Below, piece by piece: positions 18,164-21,261 of a DNA stretch of 21,261 nucleotides. Origin of the DNA: Myxococcota bacterium (GTDB lineage: Bacteria; Myxococcota; SpSt-1050); contig JBMFOP010000054.1 in assembly GCA_049969675.1 (NCBI GenBank), positions 1 to 21,261 of the forward strand, read 5' to 3'. The notes below the pieces were generated by a model that searched no databases, was not told where the DNA came from, and saw only the letters and a list, made by a program, of their open reading frames with translations. Positions within the stretch are counted from its first letter, which is position 1. The number at the start of each line of letters is the position of its first letter. The translations under genes and the position numbers were made by a program.

Positions 18164-18632
18164 GAATGACTATAAGAGGTTTTTAGCCGAAGTTAAAGAA
18201 CGGATTAGGCAGGCACAGTATGAGGCATTAAAAGCGGTCAACAAGGAGTTAATACAACTATACTGGGATATTGGCAAAATGATCGTTGAGCAACAGAAAA
18301 AATATAGTTGGGGAAAGTCAATTGTAGAAAACTTAGCCAAAGATTTACAAAAAGAGTTTCCTGGAATACAAGGATTTTCAGCCGCCAACTTATGGAGAAC
18401 AAGAAATTTTTATCTTGCCTACAGAGGGAATACAAAACTCGCACCATTGGTGCGAGAAATTAGCTGGTCTAAAAATAAGGATAAAGATAGGACCATAGTT
18501 GAATATGTATTAAAAGACACAAGTAAACCAATCGGTGTTGCCATCTATAAGATAACCTCCAAATTACCACGAAATCTACAAAAACAACTTCCTTCTCCTG
18601 AACAAATAACAAAATTGATTGAAAACATTTAG
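18147..18632 (+). CDS. DUF1016/YhcG-family protein, N-terminal domain plus extreme C-terminus (nuclease domain missing)
   Basis: AVNKELIQLYWDIG...WGKSIVENLAKDL...GFSAANLW...FY...ISWS, joined directly to TIVEYVL...KPIGVA.Y...LPSPE. AAGGGG RBS before ATG 18147; 161 aa against roughly 340 aa for full-length members. Confidence 0.85.
   Translation: MVGIVKNDYKRFLAEVKERIRQAQYEALKAVNKELIQLYWDIGKMIVEQQKKYSWGKSIVENLAKDLQKEFPGIQGFSAANLWRTRNFYLAYRGNTKLAPLVREISWSKNKDKDRTIVEYVLKDTSKPIGVAIYKITSKLPRNLQKQLPSPEQITKLIENI
18438..18456. repeat. Perfect intragenic palindrome in the DUF1016 gene
   Basis: CTCGCACCA-T-TGGTGCGAG, 9-bp arms, encoding LAPLVRE. Confidence 0.85.
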
Positions 18633-18639
18633 GGATGTC

Positions 18640-21261
18640 ATGAAGGATACAAATCACAATGCAAGAGAAATCCTGAGAAGAATAATTGAGAACTTCTCAA
18701 TTGAGCAATTCACATATTTTTTTAGAGAGAAAACGCAAAAGTTTGCCCCGAGGAAAGATACTTTAACCCAGTACAATGAAGAAAACTTTATCAATGGCGA
18801 AAAACTTGGCGAGATTAGATTTATTGATAGCATTTTTATAATTTCCACCTTTAAGGTTACCAAAGGCCTTACCGAGCGTTCAGGTAAGAAAAAACAGTAT
18901 GAACTGGGTAAGAAAATCCTTAAAGATACAAACTCTGATGCCGGCATATTCATCTTCTACGACAGTAATGGCAACTTCAGATTTTCCCTGATTTATACCG
19001 AATACTCTGGCACAAAAAGGAAATTTAGTTACTTCAAGAGATTTACCTTCTATGTAAGCCCTTCTTTAACGAACAAAACATTTCTCCAGCAGATTGGAGA
19101 ATGCAAATTCACAAGCCTTGAAGAGATAAAAGAGGCATTCTCTGTAGAGCCTGTTACAAAGCAGTTTTATGAAGAGATCCAGAACTGGTATTTCTGGGCA
19201 ATGGACAGGATTAAATTCCCTGAAGATTATAAATACTCCGATGACCCAGAAAAAGACAGGGAGATTCGTAATGCCACAAACCTTATCCGCCTGATTACCC
19301 GCATAATCTTCATATGGTTTTTAAAGGAAAAGGGGCTTGTGCCAGAGGTTTTGTTTACAGAAGAAAAGCTAAAAGAGGTTGTTAAAGATTTTGGCAGAAG
19401 CAGTAATTATTACAATGCCATCCTTCAAAACCTTTTCTTCGCAACATTAAACCAGAAGATGAGTGAAAGAAGATTTGCCCGAGATGACGGCTATCCAGCA
19501 AATAAGAGTGAATATGGAGTCAAAACCTTTTATCGCTATGCAGACAGGTTTTTAATCAGCAAGGATAAGGTTTTAGAACTTTTTAAAGAGATTCCCTTCT
19601 TAAACGGTGGGCTCTTTGACTGTCTTGACAAGGAAGACGAATCAGGCAGGGTTATTTATGTAGACGGTTTTTCACGGAATCCAAAAAAGCAGGTGATACT
19701 GCCTGATTTGCTATTTTTTCAGAAAGACCCTGTGAGGGTTAACCTTTCAGCCTATGGACTTGGCTCAAACAAGCCTGTAAGGGGCTTAATTGAAATACTC
19801 AAAAACTATAACTTTACTATAGATGAAAACACACCAATTGACCAGGAAATAGCCTTAGACCCAGAACTTTTAGGAAAGGTCTTTGAAAACCTCCTTGCCT
19901 CTTATAATCCAGAAACAGCAACCACAGCAAGAAAGGCAACTGGAAGCTACTACACACCGAGGGAGATTGTTGACTACATGGTTGAAGAGAGCTTAAAAGA
20001 ATATATTAAAACTCAAGTGCCAGAGACTAAAGAAGAGGACATAGAACTACTTTTATCCTATTCAGAAGAAATGCCTGATATAACAGATAATGAAAAAAAG
20101 AAGGTAATCACTGCCATTGACAACATCAAGATACTTGACCCCGCCTGTGGAAGTGGTGCCTTTCCTATGGGCATACTTCATAAACTTGTTCACATCCTCC
20201 AGAAATTAGACCCTGAAAATAAACACTGGTATGAACTCCAGTATCAAAAAGCCCTTTCTGCTTCAGAGGAGATATTTAAAAAGGGTGATAAATCAGAAAG
20301 AGAGGAATCTCTTAAAGAGATAAACGAAGCCTTTGACGAAAACATCAATTATCCCGACTATGCGAGAAAACTCTATCTCATAGAAAACTGCATCTATGGA
20401 GTTGACATCCAGCCAATAGCCATTCAGATAAGTAAATTGAGATTTTTCATATCCCTTGTCCTTGACCAGAAGGTTGACAGGGCTAAAGAAAACCTTGGCA
20501 TAAGGGCTTTGCCGAACCTTGAGACGAAATTTGTGGCGGCAAATACATTGATAGAGATTGGAAAACCTACCCAGCTCAAATTAAGAAATCCTGAGATAGA
20601 AAAGAAGGAAAAAGAATTAAAGGAACTAAGACACAGATACTTTACAGTAAAAACAAGGACAGAAAAACAGAGATTACAGCAGAAAGACAAAAAACTCAGA
20701 GAAGATATTGCAAACTTACTCATTCACGATGGATGGGGTGAACAGACCGCAGAAAAGATTGCCACCTTTGACCTCTTTGACCAGAACGCCTCAGCAGACT
20801 GGTTTGATCCCGAGTGGATGTTTGGAGCAAATGAAGGCTTTGATATTGTAATAGGCAATCCGCCGTATGTAAGACAGGAACGGATAAAGGAACTCAAGCC
20901 TATCTTTCAAAAACAGGGTTATAAAGTCTATGTTTCAACAGCAGACCTTTATACCTATTTCTACGAAAAAGGCTATGACTTGTTAAATTCTGAAGGCATC
21001 CTTTGCTTTATCTCATCTAACAAATGGATGAGGGCAAAGTATGGAGAGAAACTCAGAAAATTTTTAAAAGAAAATACAAATGTCTTAACCCTTATAGATT
21101 TTGGAGGATACCCTGTTTTTGAACAGACCGTTGATACAAACATAATACTTTTTCAAAAAGAAAAACCAGATGATAACCATCAACTAAAATTTGTAAATGT
21201 AGGTAAAGTTGATGGAGGTGTAATTGAATACATTAGAAAAAACCAAAACACAATCCCACAA
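18640..21261 (+). CDS. Type IIG/Eco57I-like N6-adenine DNA methyltransferase (RM enzyme), 3' end beyond the window
   Basis: Open frame from ATG 18640 to the window end (874 codons; absent from the ORF track because it has no stop). PFLNGGLFD, LDPELLGKVFENLL, GSYYTPREIV, motif I ILDPACGSGAF (~20137), IYGVDI, LPNLETKF, motif IV DIVIGNPPY (NPPY 20857-20868), ADLYTYF, ISSNKW, IDFG..PVFE. Confidence 0.93.
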   Translation, partial: MKDTNHNAREILRRIIENFSIEQFTYFFREKTQKFAPRKDTLTQYNEENFINGEKLGEIRFIDSIFIISTFKVTKGLTERSGKKKQYELGKKILKDTNSDAGIFIFYDSNGNFRFSLIYTEYSGTKRKFSYFKRFTFYVSPSLTNKTFLQQIGECKFTSLEEIKEAFSVEPVTKQFYEEIQNWYFWAMDRIKFPEDYKYSDDPEKDREIRNATNLIRLITRIIFIWFLKEKGLVPEVLFTEEKLKEVVKDFGRSSNYYNAILQNLFFATLNQKMSERRFARDDGYPANKSEYGVKTFYRYADRFLISKDKVLELFKEIPFLNGGLFDCLDKEDESGRVIYVDGFSRNPKKQVILPDLLFFQKDPVRVNLSAYGLGSNKPVRGLIEILKNYNFTIDENTPIDQEIALDPELLGKVFENLLASYNPETATTARKATGSYYTPREIVDYMVEESLKEYIKTQVPETKEEDIELLLSYSEEMPDITDNEKKKVITAIDNIKILDPACGSGAFPMGILHKLVHILQKLDPENKHWYELQYQKALSASEEIFKKGDKSEREESLKEINEAFDENINYPDYARKLYLIENCIYGVDIQPIAIQISKLRFFISLVLDQKVDRAKENLGIRALPNLETKFVAANTLIEIGKPTQLKLRNPEIEKKEKELKELRHRYFTVKTRTEKQRLQQKDKKLREDIANLLIHDGWGEQTAEKIATFDLFDQNASADWFDPEWMFGANEGFDIVIGNPPYVRQERIKELKPIFQKQGYKVYVSTADLYTYFYEKGYDLLNSEGILCFISSNKWMRAKYGEKLRKFLKENTNVLTLIDFGGYPVFEQTVDTNIILFQKEKPDDNHQLKFVNVGKVDGGVIEYIRKNQNTIPQ

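Overview
AT-rich bacterial chromosomal segment. The domain repertoire (MshEN, DUF4388, FHA-sigma54 activator, TIGR02266-type PilZ, TonB receptor) points to a diderm Myxococcota/deltaproteobacterial host (inference). Five blocks, left to right. (1) 83-4373, minus strand: an uptake operon with two Cys-rich lipoproteins, a TonB-dependent receptor, an ECF-type S component, a SAM methyltransferase and a truncated ECF-T-like gene, behind a near-consensus sigma70 promoter with repeated GTGCY half-sites. (2) Housekeeping pssA, an intrinsic terminator, and guaB with no guaA following. (3) About 7540-9170: a 'graveyard' holding four spliced fragments of a PLD-helicase + Type IIG-like RM operon, an intact MNT antitoxin, a frameshifted HEPN toxin and a RAYT transposase scrap with a GTAG REP. 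(4) 9234-14268: an overlapping four-gene operon of yhaM-like HD nuclease, MshEN/HD-GYP-like/pseudo-REC/DUF4388 protein, FHA-FHA-sigma54 activator and PilZ protein, in which many canonical catalytic or phospho-binding residues are substituted. (5) 14804 to the window end: an apparently intact defence operon of PLD-SNF2-like helicase, internally deleted DUF1016/YhcG and an Eco57I-like N6-adenine methyltransferase that runs off the window and is missing from the ORF track. All family calls are from motif recognition by eye; no database searches were run.
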